Source: Dyella sp. (lineage in GTDB: Bacteria > Pseudomonadota > Gammaproteobacteria > Xanthomonadales > Rhodanobacteraceae). From it: a stretch of DNA of 24,000 nt. Location of the stretch: the NCBI GenBank assembly GCA_036279335.1, contig DASUJJ010000242.1, positions 10,040 to 34,039 on the forward strand, written 5' to 3'. The notes beneath the pieces are model-generated. The model saw nothing but the letters and a program-made list of their open reading frames with translations. It was not told the DNA's origin and did not search any database. Of this stretch, positions 8,219-19,685 are shown piece by piece; positions within the stretch are counted from its first letter, which is position 1, and every line of letters starts with the position of its first letter. A program made the position numbers and the translations under genes.

Positions 8219-8262
8219 GAACCCGCGAGGCGGCCGCGTCTGCCGGGTTCCGGGCGTTTCTG
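8219..8262 (+). terminator. possible weak intrinsic terminator after the HDAC-family gene
   Basis: GAACCCG (8219..8225) pairs with CGGGTTC (8244..8250) around an imperfectly self-complementary GC-rich insert, followed by CGGGCGTTTCTG. The T tract is short and displaced. Confidence 0.3.
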
Positions 8263-8306
8263 CTAGCTTAGCGAGCCCTCCCAGCCGACAGACTGCCAAC
8301 GTGACG

Positions 8307-10724
8307 ATGACGCCGCGCCCGTTGCCCCCGCGCCGCCTGCTGGCGGTCGCCGCCGCCCTTGCCCTGTTCGGTGCCGCGCTGGAAGTGGATGCCGCCGCGG
8401 CAACGCCGGACCCGCTCGCCACCAGCCCCGTGCCCGCCAACCCCGCGTCGACCTGCCCGCTCGGCACGTTCCACTGTCCGGCCCGCCCCATCGACTACGC
8501 GATGTGCCGCCCCAACGCGCTGCTGGGTTTCTACGACCCCACCCTGCCGCACGACAGCAGCCTGCGCGATGGCGCGAATACCGACGTTCACGCCGAGCGC
8601 GTGGACGGCTCCAACCAGAGCATCTACAAGCTCACCGGTGACGTGCGGATGCAACGCGCCGACCAGCTGCTGCGCGCCGACCGGGTGGATTACAACGACA
8701 AGACCACCGATTACGACGCGCGCGGCAACGTGCGCTATCAGGATGCCGGCCAGCTGTTTTCCGCCGATCGCCTGCAGGGCAACAACCAGGCCCAGCGCGG
8801 CGTGGCGGACAACGTCACCTATCAGCTGCTGGAGTCGCGCGGCAACGGCGTGGCACAGCAGGCCACCCTGTTCGATGCCCAGCACAGCCGCTACGAAGAC
8901 GTCACCTACTCCACCTGCGACGTGGGGCACCACCTGTGGGAGGTGCGCGCGCACCAGCTCACGCTCAATCGCGATACCGGCGTGGGCGTGGCGCACGGCG
9001 CCACCATGCGCTTTGCCAACGTGCCGTTCCTGTATCTGCCGTACCTCAGCTTTCCGATCGACGACCGTCGCAAGAGCGGCTTTCTCGCGCCCACCTTCGG
9101 CAATTCGAGCCACTCGGGCTTCATGGCGAGCGTGCCGTACTACCTCAACCTGGCGCCTAACTACGACGCGACGCTGGAACCGCGCATCTACTCGAGCCGC
9201 GGCGCCATGCTGGGCGGGCAGTTCCGTTATCTCCTGCCGGGCAGCAACGGGCAGTTCGACTTCGAGTACCTGGCCAAGGACCACGGCGAGAATCTGGCCG
9301 ATTCCGACCTGACGACACAGGGCCGCCAGCGTTATCTGTACCGGTTCTCCGACACCACCCGCCTGTGGCCGGGGTGGAACTTCAACACGCGGGTGAACCG
9401 GGTCTCGGACAAGAATTACCTGCGCGACTTCAGCAACGACCTCTACACCACCGCCACCAATTCGATCTCGTCCAATGCCTATATCCGCGGCGCGGGCAAC
9501 TGGTGGAGCGCATCGCTGGGTGTGGACAGCTACCAGAACACCGACCCGTTTCTCACCGACAGCAGCCTGCAGTACAAGCGCTGGCCACGCGCCACGCTCA
9601 ACCTCGACGTGCCGCTGGCCGACTGGCTGGAGTTCGGCATGGACAACGAGGCGGTGGCTTTCCGCAAGGACGGTTTCGTCGAAGGCAAGCGCGCCGACCT
9701 CTACCCGTATCTGGCAGCCGACTGGCAGGGCGCCGCGTGGTTCGTGCGGCCGAAGCTGGCCTACCGCTACACCGCCTATCAGCTCGACGACTACTACGCG
9801 CTCTATGGTTACAGCGGTCGGCTGCGCGCCAACCAGACCTCACCGTTCACCGATCGCAGTCCGACACGATCGTTGCCCATTGTCAGCCTCGACACTGGGC
9901 TGATCTTCGACCGCAGCGCGTCGCTGTTCGGCAAGAGCTACACGCAAACGCTGGAGCCGCGGCTGTACTACCTGTACGTCCCGTACCGCGACCAGAACAA
10001 CCTGCCGGTGTTCGACACCCGACTGCTCAACTTCGACTACTGGCAGCTGTTCTCGCCCAACCAGTTCTCCGGCGCCGATCGCCAGATGAGCGCCAACAAC
10101 CTCACCGGCGCCGTCACCACGCGCCTGCTGGATGACGACGGGGTGGAGCGCTTCTCGGCCAGCTTCGGCCAGATCCGCTACTTCAGCCCGCAGCGCGTGC
10201 AGCTGCCGGGACGCCCGGTGACCGACTGGAGCGGCTCGGACTATGTGGCCCAGGCCAGCGTGCAGCTCAACGACCAGTGGCGCGCCAGCACCTCCTACCA
10301 GTGGAGTCCGAACACGCGGCTGACCGATCTGGGCACGCTCGCGCTGCAGCGACGAATCAGCTCCGATGGCATCCTCAATTTCTCCTATCGCTTCCGCCGC
10401 GTGCCGGGCCGCACCAACACCCTGCTGGAACAATACGACGCTTCCACGGTCTACCCGATCTCCGAACGTCTGCGCCTGCTGGCGCGCTGGACGTATTCGG
10501 TGAAGGACCGCCGCACCGTCGAGGCGCTGGCCGGCCTGCAGTACGAAAGCTGCTGCGTGATCGTGAGCCTGATCGGCCGGCATTACGTGAATCAGTACGA
10601 CATCACGGCCAGCCGCCCGGACAGCAACAACGCGATCATGTTCGAGCTGCAGTTCAAGGGACTGGGCGCGTTCAATGGCCAGGCCGAGGACTTTTTGCGG
10701 CGTGGTATTCTGGGATATCAATAA
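8307..10724 (+). CDS. lptD: LPS-assembly outer-membrane protein LptD (Imp/OstA)
   Basis: Start at MTPRPLPPRRLLAVAAALALFGA (ATG 8307; GTG 8301 is an alternative), which is signal-peptide-like. OstA-type N-terminal domain (YKLTGDVRMQRADQLLRADRVDYN), a large beta-barrel region, and an adjacent Cys pair near the C-terminus (YESCCV) as in E. coli LptD. It is followed by surA, as in the canonical operon. Confidence 0.93.
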   Translation: MTPRPLPPRRLLAVAAALALFGAALEVDAAAATPDPLATSPVPANPASTCPLGTFHCPARPIDYAMCRPNALLGFYDPTLPHDSSLRDGANTDVHAERVDGSNQSIYKLTGDVRMQRADQLLRADRVDYNDKTTDYDARGNVRYQDAGQLFSADRLQGNNQAQRGVADNVTYQLLESRGNGVAQQATLFDAQHSRYEDVTYSTCDVGHHLWEVRAHQLTLNRDTGVGVAHGATMRFANVPFLYLPYLSFPIDDRRKSGFLAPTFGNSSHSGFMASVPYYLNLAPNYDATLEPRIYSSRGAMLGGQFRYLLPGSNGQFDFEYLAKDHGENLADSDLTTQGRQRYLYRFSDTTRLWPGWNFNTRVNRVSDKNYLRDFSNDLYTTATNSISSNAYIRGAGNWWSASLGVDSYQNTDPFLTDSSLQYKRWPRATLNLDVPLADWLEFGMDNEAVAFRKDGFVEGKRADLYPYLAADWQGAAWFVRPKLAYRYTAYQLDDYYALYGYSGRLRANQTSPFTDRSPTRSLPIVSLDTGLIFDRSASLFGKSYTQTLEPRLYYLYVPYRDQNNLPVFDTRLLNFDYWQLFSPNQFSGADRQMSANNLTGAVTTRLLDDDGVERFSASFGQIRYFSPQRVQLPGRPVTDWSGSDYVAQASVQLNDQWRASTSYQWSPNTRLTDLGTLALQRRISSDGILNFSYRFRRVPGRTNTLLEQYDASTVYPISERLRLLARWTYSVKDRRTVEALAGLQYESCCVIVSLIGRHYVNQYDITASRPDSNNAIMFELQFKGLGAFNGQAEDFLRRGILGYQ

Positions 10725-10763
10725 TTTGTCCGTCGCCCGACGGCGATCAAAGGCTCCGTTCTG

Positions 10764-12125
10764 ATGAAGCACCCCCTCGCGCTGTTCCTGCTCGCGATCG
10801 CTGCCGCGACCGTCGCTCCCGCCCACGGCCAGATGCTGCCGCAGGCGTCGCAGGCCGCCCCATCCAGCGGCAGTGACACGATGCTGGATCGCATCGTGGC
10901 CGTCGTCGACGACGGCGTGATCCTGCAAAGCGAGCTCGACGACGCCGTCCGCGCCGTGCAGCAGCAGTATGCGAACAACCCGGGCCAGCTGCCGCCCGTG
11001 AACGTGCTGCGGCGTCAGGTGCTCGACCGCCTCATCCTGATGCGCCTGCAGGTCAACAAGGCGCAGGAGCAGGGTATCCGCGTGTCCGATGCCGAGATCG
11101 ACCAGGCCGTCGCCGGCGTCGCCCAGCAGAACCGGATGACCCCCGAGCAGCTGCGCGCCGCGGTGGAACAGAGCGGCTCCAGCTACGCGGCCTTCCGCCA
11201 GCAGCTGGCCGAGCAGCTGCTGGTGCAGCGCTTGCGCGAGAGCGTGGTGCGCGATTCGGTGCAGATCACCGACAGCGAGATCAACAACCTGCTCAGCAGC
11301 CCCAGCTACAAGGCGGGCGAAGTGCACCTGGCGCACATCCAGGTGAGCATTCCCGCAGGCGCCTCGGCGGCCGACATCCAGGCCGCGCAGGCCAAGGCAG
11401 CCGAGGCGATCAAGGCGATCCAGGGCGGTATGGACTTCAACGCGGCGGCGATCCGCTACTCCGACGCACAGGATGCACTGGACGGCGGTGACCTGGGCTG
11501 GCGCCGCATCGACGAGGTGCCGCCGGCGTTCACCGACACCATCGCTGCGATGAAGCCGGGCGACATCACGCCGGCCCTGCGTGGTCCGACCGGCTTCACC
11601 ATCCTCAAGCTGGTCGGCCAGCGCCAGCCCGAGCGTCAGATGGTCACCGAGTACCACGCCCGGCAGATCCTGATCAGCCCCAGCGAACTGATGACGCCCG
11701 AGCAGGCGCAGCAGAAGGCGCAGGAGCTGTACGACCGCATCGTCAACAAGCACGAGGATTTCGCCAAGCTGGCGAAGGAATTCTCGAAAGACGACACCAC
11801 CGCCAACGCCGGCGGCGACATGGGCTGGTTCGCCCAGCAGGCCTGGGGTGGCACGATCGCGCAGCAGCTGGCTTCGCTCAAGCCGAACCAGGTTTCCGAG
11901 CCGTTCCAGAGCCAGGCCGGCTGGCACATCCTCGAGCTGCTGGGCACGCGCCAGACCGACCGCACCGATGAAATTGCCCGCAATCAGGCGCGCCAGGCAA
12001 TCGGCAACCGCAAGGCGGAACAGGCCTACGAGGACTTCCTGCGCCAGCTCAAGGCCAGCTCCTACGTCAAGGTGATGGTGCCGGAACTGCGCGATCCCGA
12101 TCAGCCCGACGACGGCAACGTCTGA
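10764..12125 (+). CDS. surA: periplasmic chaperone / peptidyl-prolyl isomerase SurA
   Basis: 453 aa with a signal peptide (MKHPLALFLLAIAAATVAPAHG), a SurA N-terminal domain and two parvulin-like segments (DLGWRRIDEVPPAF; GDMGWFAQQAWG...GWHILEL). Canonical position between lptD and pdxA. Confidence 0.93.
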   Translation: MKHPLALFLLAIAAATVAPAHGQMLPQASQAAPSSGSDTMLDRIVAVVDDGVILQSELDDAVRAVQQQYANNPGQLPPVNVLRRQVLDRLILMRLQVNKAQEQGIRVSDAEIDQAVAGVAQQNRMTPEQLRAAVEQSGSSYAAFRQQLAEQLLVQRLRESVVRDSVQITDSEINNLLSSPSYKAGEVHLAHIQVSIPAGASAADIQAAQAKAAEAIKAIQGGMDFNAAAIRYSDAQDALDGGDLGWRRIDEVPPAFTDTIAAMKPGDITPALRGPTGFTILKLVGQRQPERQMVTEYHARQILISPSELMTPEQAQQKAQELYDRIVNKHEDFAKLAKEFSKDDTTANAGGDMGWFAQQAWGGTIAQQLASLKPNQVSEPFQSQAGWHILELLGTRQTDRTDEIARNQARQAIGNRKAEQAYEDFLRQLKASSYVKVMVPELRDPDQPDDGNV

Positions 12126-12131
12126 GGCCAC

Positions 12132-13190
12132 ATGGACACGCGCTCGCGCCCGCGGCTCGCGCTGACCGCCGGCGAACCGGCCGGCGTGGGCCCCGAACTG
12201 CTGGTTCGGTTGGCGGCTATTCCGTTTGACGCCGAGCTGGTCGCGATTGCCGATCGCGGTTTGCTTGAACGTGCCGCCGCGCGCTGCGGGCTGGACATCC
12301 AGCTGGTTGATGAGACCGACCCGGCGCCGCCACTCGCCACCGCCGTGCAGCTGCGCGTGCGGCACGTGCCGATGCCCGCGCAGGAGCAGCCAGGCCAGCC
12401 GGATCCGGCCAACGCTCGTTACGTGCTGGCCACGCTTGCCGAGGCCGCCGACGGTTGCCAGGCCGGGCACTACGACGCCATCGTCACCGCGCCGCTGCAG
12501 AAGTCGGCCATCAACGAGGCGGGCATCACCTTCAGCGGCCACACCGAATTCCTGGCCGAGCGGGCCGGCGCGGACGTGGTGATGATGCTGGCGAGCCCGG
12601 AACTGCGCGTGGCGCTGGTCACCACGCATTTGCCGCTGTCCGGCGTGCCTGCCGCGGTGACGGGCGAACGGCTGCAGCGGGTGCTGCGCATCGTCCATGC
12701 GGAGCTGCAACGCAAGTTCGGTCTGGATGCGCCGCGCATTGCGGTGCTCGGCCTGAATCCCCATGCCGGCGAGGGCGGCCACCTGGGGCGCGAGGAGATC
12801 GACACCATCATTCCCGCGCTGGAGGCGCTCCGCGCCGAGGGGATGAACCTGCTCGGCCCGCTGCCGGCCGACACCGCATTCGTTCCGGCCATGCGGGCGC
12901 GCTACGACGCGGTGCTGGCGATGTATCACGATCAGGCGCTCCCGGTACTCAAGAGCGAAGCATTCGATCGCACCGTCAACCTCACGCTCGGCCTGCCCTT
13001 CATCCGCACCTCGGTCGATCACGGCACCGCGCTGGACCTCGCCGGCAGCGGCCGCGCCGATCCCTCCAGCCTGATCGCCGCCGCGCGCATGGCCTTGGAG
13101 CTCGTGGCGCGCCGCGCCGCCCATCCCTCCGCTCCGCCGCGAAGCCCGCACCGGGATGAAGCGCCAGGCTCGCCCGGAGCCACCCCGTGA
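12132..13190 (+). CDS. pdxA: 4-hydroxythreonine-4-phosphate dehydrogenase
   Basis: Motifs LTAGEPAGVGPEL, GHTEFLAE, LNPHAGEGGHLGREE, YHDQAL and IRTSVDHGTA. It carries a Pro/Ser-rich C-terminal tail of about 20 aa and overlaps the rsmA start by 4 nt (GTGA). Confidence 0.93.
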   Translation: MDTRSRPRLALTAGEPAGVGPELLVRLAAIPFDAELVAIADRGLLERAAARCGLDIQLVDETDPAPPLATAVQLRVRHVPMPAQEQPGQPDPANARYVLATLAEAADGCQAGHYDAIVTAPLQKSAINEAGITFSGHTEFLAERAGADVVMMLASPELRVALVTTHLPLSGVPAAVTGERLQRVLRIVHAELQRKFGLDAPRIAVLGLNPHAGEGGHLGREEIDTIIPALEALRAEGMNLLGPLPADTAFVPAMRARYDAVLAMYHDQALPVLKSEAFDRTVNLTLGLPFIRTSVDHGTALDLAGSGRADPSSLIAAARMALELVARRAAHPSAPPRSPHRDEAPGSPGATP

Positions 13191-13987
13191 ACGCCCGTCC
13201 CAAGAAGAGCTTCGGCCAGCACTTCCTGCACGACAAGCGCTACATCGATCGCATCGTGGGCGCCATCGCGCCACGCGACGGCGACACCGTGGTGGAGATC
13301 GGCCCGGGCGAGGGCGCGCTGACCCTGCCGCTGCTTGCCGCGGCCGGGCGCCTTACCGCGGTCGAGCTCGACACCGACCTGATTCCAGCCCTGCGCGAGC
13401 GCGCCGCCGCGGTGGGGACGCTGGCGATCATCCAGGCGGACGTGCTCACCGTGGATTTCACCGCGCTGGCCAGCCAGCTGGGCGCCGCCCGGCTGCGCAT
13501 CGCCGGCAACCTGCCCTACTACATCTCCAGCCCGATCCTGTTTCATTGCGTGGAGCACGCCGCGGCGATCCAGGACATGCACTTCATGCTGCAGAAAGAG
13601 GTGGTCGATCGCATGGCCGCCGAGCCGGGCAGCAAGGTCTACGGCCGGCTATCGGTGATGCTGCAGCTGGCCTGCCGCGTGGTGCCGCTGTTCGACGTGC
13701 CGCCGGGCGCTTTTCGTCCGCCGCCGAAGGTGGATTCTTCTGTGGTGCGGCTGGTTCCGCTGCCAGCCGACGAGCGCCACGACGCCGATCCCGCGCGCGT
13801 GCATGCCGTCGTCAAGGCCGCCTTTGGGCAGCGGCGCAAGACGCTGGCCAACGGACTGAAACAGGTGATGGATGCCGACGCCATTCGCCGCGCCGGTGTC
13901 GATCCGGGCGCGCGCGCCGAGACGCTGGCGCCGGCGGATTTCGTGCGTCTGGCCAAGGTGGTCGACTCGGGACTCGCAGCAAGCTGA
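13187..13987 (+). CDS. rsmA: 16S rRNA (adenine1518/1519-N6)-dimethyltransferase RsmA/KsgA
   Basis: GTG start. KKSFGQHFL and the SAM-binding motif VEIGPGEGALT, then NLPYYISSPIL. Canonical position after pdxA. Confidence 0.93.
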   Translation: MNARPKKSFGQHFLHDKRYIDRIVGAIAPRDGDTVVEIGPGEGALTLPLLAAAGRLTAVELDTDLIPALRERAAAVGTLAIIQADVLTVDFTALASQLGAARLRIAGNLPYYISSPILFHCVEHAAAIQDMHFMLQKEVVDRMAAEPGSKVYGRLSVMLQLACRVVPLFDVPPGAFRPPPKVDSSVVRLVPLPADERHDADPARVHAVVKAAFGQRRKTLANGLKQVMDADAIRRAGVDPGARAETLAPADFVRLAKVVDSGLAAS

Positions 13988-14041
13988 AGCGCGCCGCCTG
14001 CGGCCTGACCGGATCAGGTCGGCAGGCCGTACAATCGCGGC

Positions 14042-14425
14042 ATGAATGCGAAATCCCCCTACACGATCGATGTACGGGTCCAGACCCGCTTTATCCCCGA
14101 TCAATCCAGGCCCGACGACAACCGCTACGTTTTCGCCTACACCGTCACGCTGCGCAACGCGGGGCAATGGCCCGCGCGTCTGATCACCCGCCACTGGGTG
14201 ATCACCGACGCCAACGGCAAGGTCGATGAAGTGCGGGGCGACGGCGTGGTGGGTGAGCAGCCGTGGATCCGCCCGGGCGACGATTACGAATACACCTCCG
14301 GCGCGGTGCTTGAGACCGCGGTCGGCACGATGGCTGGCAGCTACCAGATGCTGGCCGACGATGGCACCGAATTCGACGCGCCGATCCCGACCTTCACGCT
14401 CTCGATCCCGCGCACGCTGCACTGA
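14042..14425 (+). CDS. apaG: ApaG (DUF525) protein
   Basis: 127 aa, with [11 protein letters not shown]...[10 protein letters not shown]...[11 protein letters not shown] typical of ApaG. Its stop overlaps the apaH ATG by 1 nt (TGATG). Confidence 0.93.
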   Translation: MNAKSPYTIDVRVQTRFIPDQSRPDDNRYVFAYTVTLRNAGQWPARLITRHWVITDANGKVDEVRGDGVVGEQPWIRPGDDYEYTSGAVLETAVGTMAGSYQMLADDGTEFDAPIPTFTLSIPRTLH

Positions 14426-15276
14426 TGGCGACCTACGCGATCGGCGACGTGCAGGGCTGTCTCCCTGAGCTGCAGCGCCTGCTCGACAAGCTGCGCTTCG
14501 ATCCGGCGAGCGACCGGCTGTGGTTCTGCGGCGACCTGGTCAACCGCGGCGGCCAGTCGCTGGAGACGCTGCGACTGATCCACGAGCTGCGCGAGTCGTG
14601 CGTGATCACGCTGGGCAACCATGACCTGAGCCTGCTGGCGATCGCCTTGCGCAAGCCGGACGCGCAGGCGCGGGTCAATCCCGAATTGCGCGAGGTGCTG
14701 TTTGCCGAGGATGCCCCGGTGCTGTTCGAGTGGCTGCGCTCGCAGCGGCTGCTGCACCACGACGAACAGCTTGGCTGGACCATGGTGCATGCAGGCCTGG
14801 CCCCCATGTGGACGCTGCGCCAGGCGCAGCGTTCGGCGCAGGAGATCGAACGCGAGCTTTCCAGCCCGCGCTACCCGCGGCTGCTGAAGAACCTGTTCGG
14901 CAATCGGCCAGCGGCCTGGTCCAGCCGGCTGCAGGGAGTCGAGCGCCTGCGCGCCTCGATCAACACGCTCACCCGCATGCGCTACTGCGACATCCAGGGC
15001 CGCATCGATTTCGAGGGCAAGGGCGTGCCGGGCACGCAGAAGCCCGGGATGTATCCGTGGTTCGAGGTGCCGGGGATGCGGCGGCGCGACACGCGCATCG
15101 TCTGCGGCCACTGGTCCGCGCTGGGACGATTCGCCGGCCTGGGCATCCACGCCATTGACACTGGCTGCGTCTGGGGCGGCCAGCTCACGGCGCTGCAGCT
15201 GGATGCGGAGGAACCCGTGTACACCACGGTGAACGCCGAGCCGCACCGCAAGCGCCCGCCCGGCGGCGAGGACTGA
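14425..15276 (+). CDS. apaH: symmetrical bis(5'-nucleosyl)-tetraphosphatase (Ap4A hydrolase)
   Basis: Metallophosphatase motifs GDVQGC, GDLVNRG and GNHD, plus GHWS. 283 aa. Last gene of the lptD-apaH operon. Confidence 0.93.
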   Translation: MATYAIGDVQGCLPELQRLLDKLRFDPASDRLWFCGDLVNRGGQSLETLRLIHELRESCVITLGNHDLSLLAIALRKPDAQARVNPELREVLFAEDAPVLFEWLRSQRLLHHDEQLGWTMVHAGLAPMWTLRQAQRSAQEIERELSSPRYPRLLKNLFGNRPAAWSSRLQGVERLRASINTLTRMRYCDIQGRIDFEGKGVPGTQKPGMYPWFEVPGMRRRDTRIVCGHWSALGRFAGLGIHAIDTGCVWGGQLTALQLDAEEPVYTTVNAEPHRKRPPGGED

Positions 15277-15299
15277 GCCGACCGCGGAGCGCGCAACAG

Positions 15300-15327
15300 A
15301 AAACGGGAGGCATGGCCTCCCGTTTTT
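15300..15327. terminator. bidirectional rho-independent terminator shared by apaH (+) and secA (-)
   Basis: AAAACGGGAGGC-atg-GCCTCCCGTTTTT: a GC-rich 8-bp core stem flanked by an A tract on one side and a T tract on the other. It lies 24 nt from each of the two convergent stop codons. Confidence 0.8.
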
Positions 15328-15350
15328 CATGGCGCTCCCTCAACCGCTGA

Positions 15351-18053
<2,703 letters not shown>

Positions 18054-18117
18054 CGATCATCCGGATACGGGAAACAGGGGAGCCCGCCAGCGCGCGGCCG
18101 GCCGGGGCAAATACGCG

Positions 18118-18146
18118 ATGATACTAGGGTCCATCGGCTATCCCAA
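18118..18146 (-). promoter_or_regulatory. candidate sigma70 promoter for secA
   Basis: On the minus strand: TTGGGA (rc of 18141..18146), a 17-nt spacer, then TATCAT (rc of 18118..18123). It sits in the least GC-rich patch of the 212-bp spacer and implies a leader of about 58 nt. Confidence 0.4.
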
Positions 18147-18153
18147 ACGCATG

Positions 18154-18194
18154 AAAAGGCGGATGGAATCGGCCGCGACTCTCCGCATCGCCGC
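18154..18194 (-). terminator. possible weak terminator after the M23 peptidase gene
   Basis: On the minus strand, an imperfect stem (GGCGATGCGG ... CCATCCGCC) is followed by TTTTCATG, immediately upstream of the proposed secA -35. The stem has a bulge and mismatches. Confidence 0.3.
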
Positions 18195-18265
18195 ACTCCA
18201 GCTGGGGTGGCGGCGTCGGGGGGCGGTTTCAAGTGCGCGGCAGTGGGCGCGGGCAGCGGACCCGC

Positions 18266-19195
18266 TCAGCGATGGTTGCGCACGTAGGCGAGCGGATTGA
18301 CCACGTGGCCCTTGTACCAGACCTCGAAATGCACGTGCGAGCCGGTGGAGCGCCCGGTCGAACCGGCGTCGGCGATCACGTCGCCCACGCGCACGCGCTG
18401 TCCCGCGTGGGCAATCAGCTTGCTGTTGTGGGCGTAGCGGGTCATGTAGCCGTTGCCGTGATCGATCTCGATGACTTTCCCGTAGCCGTTGCGAACGCCG
18501 GCAAAGGTGACCATGCCCTCGGCCACGGCGTGCACCGGCGTGCCCTTGGGCGTGGCAATGTCAATGCCGGTGTGGCGTGCACTGTGGCCGCTGAAGGGGT
18601 CGGGGCGGCCGCCGAAATACGATGAAATGTAGCCTTGCACCGGCATGCCGGTCGGCTTGAGGTTGGATTCGATGCGCGCGTCCATGAGCAGGCTCTGCAG
18701 AGCCGTCAGCTGCGCCTGCTGCGCGTCGAACTGGGTCGCCAGCTGGGTGATGCCGTTATCCAGGTTCTGCGGCAGCGTATAGGCCGAGCCGCCGGTGTCT
18801 TCCACACCGCCAACGGGCGGCGCCTGCTCGAAATTGAACTCCCCGTCATCCAGTTTGCCCATCTGCGCCAATCGCTCGCCGAGTGCGTTGAGCCGGGTCG
18901 ACTGTGCCTGGAGCTGGCCGAGTTTGACGGCGAGAGCGTCGAGATTGCGCTGGGCATCCTGCTGGACGGTGCCGAGTCGGGCGTCCTGGGCGTCAATCTT
19001 TTGCTGCAGCTTCTCGATTTGCGAGAGCGCCCGATCGCGCGGGCTGGCCACGGTGAGGGCCACCGCGGCCCCCAGTGCCATGCATGAAACCACCATGACT
19101 GTCGCCAGCGCAGCGAAGCGCCAGCGCATGCGGCGACAAGCCAGATCCAGGGTCTTCGGCACCTTCTTGGTGCGCGACACGAGTATGATTTGCAT
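18266..19195 (-). CDS. M23 (LytM-domain) family metallopeptidase with N-terminal membrane anchor and coiled-coil region
   Basis: C-terminal LytM motifs HTGIDIATPKGTPV (HxxxD) and GSHVHFEV (HxH). TM segment FAALATVMVVSCMALGAAVALTV, followed by a Q/L-rich coiled coil. Start taken at ATG 19195 (MQIILVS...); ATG 19129 (MRWRFAAL...) is a serious alternative. Confidence 0.85.
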   Translation of the reverse strand: MQIILVSRTKKVPKTLDLACRRMRWRFAALATVMVVSCMALGAAVALTVASPRDRALSQIEKLQQKIDAQDARLGTVQQDAQRNLDALAVKLGQLQAQSTRLNALGERLAQMGKLDDGEFNFEQAPPVGGVEDTGGSAYTLPQNLDNGITQLATQFDAQQAQLTALQSLLMDARIESNLKPTGMPVQGYISSYFGGRPDPFSGHSARHTGIDIATPKGTPVHAVAEGMVTFAGVRNGYGKVIEIDHGNGYMTRYAHNSKLIAHAGQRVRVGDVIADAGSTGRSTGSHVHFEVWYKGHVVNPLAYVRNHR

Positions 19196-19223
19196 GCATT
19201 TCCACGTTGAAGAAGTCGGCACC

Positions 19224-19685
19224 ATGCAGCGCGCCGTTCCGCCCATCCCACGCCGCTCCGACGCCGGGCTCAAGCCCCTTGCCGAATGTGGCGCCTTTGC
19301 CCGGTTGGCCACGAAGGCCGCCGCGCTGGATGCGCTCGATGGTGCTCTGCGCCAGACGCTGCCGACATCGCTGCGCGACCAGGTGCGATTCGCCCATGCG
19401 CGCCACGACCGCCTCGTCTTCCTGGCATCTTCCCCGGCCTGGGCCTCCCGCTTGCGCCTGATGCAGACACAGCTTCTTGCCACCGCACGTGCGCTTGGCA
19501 CGTGCGCCAGTTCAGTTACCGTGAAAGTGGCCCCCCAACCGCCGGCCGCAACGGAGCCGGATCGATCAAAACCGCTTTCGCCTGCTGCCGCCGTCCATCT
19601 GCGGGCGGCTGCAGAATCAGTCACAGACCCCGAATTGCGGGCACTGTTCCTGGAGCTGGCGTCCCTCGCCGAAACAGCTGTTTGA
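19224..19685 (+). CDS. DUF721 / DciA-like protein (candidate replicative-helicase loader)
   Basis: 153 aa, starting at MQRAVPP (the in-frame ATG within the 296-aa ORF). The core LRDQVRFAHARHDRLVFLASSPAWASRLRLMQTQLL fits the DUF721 pattern as I recall it (target strand, 'SxxWA', LR...LL), followed by a low-complexity tail. Confidence 0.75.
   Translation: MQRAVPPIPRRSDAGLKPLAECGAFARLATKAAALDALDGALRQTLPTSLRDQVRFAHARHDRLVFLASSPAWASRLRLMQTQLLATARALGTCASSVTVKVAPQPPAATEPDRSKPLSPAAAVHLRAAAESVTDPELRALFLELASLAETAV

Noticed and set aside
6926-10724. N-terminally extended versions of the HDAC ORF (from 6926) and the lptD ORF (from 7380).
   Set aside because: The extensions overlap the preceding genes in other frames and are Arg/Pro-rich. 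Internal starts at 7280 and 8307 give native-looking N-termini (MLRLYTHE..., and a signal peptide for LptD).
13100-13190. Pro/Ser-rich C-terminal tail of PdxA (about 20 aa) overlapping the rsmA start, considered as a frameshift or fusion.
   Set aside because: The PdxA core motifs are intact and in frame. The tail is simply read-through to the first stop (GTGA overlap with rsmA), which is common in GC-rich genomes. There is no evidence of disruption.
9840-13274. 1144-aa minus-strand ORF antisense to lptD, surA and pdxA.
   Set aside because: It crosses three well-supported + strand genes and their intergenic gaps. The composition is dominated by R, G, A, L, V, H and D with no domains. It is a high-GC antisense artefact.
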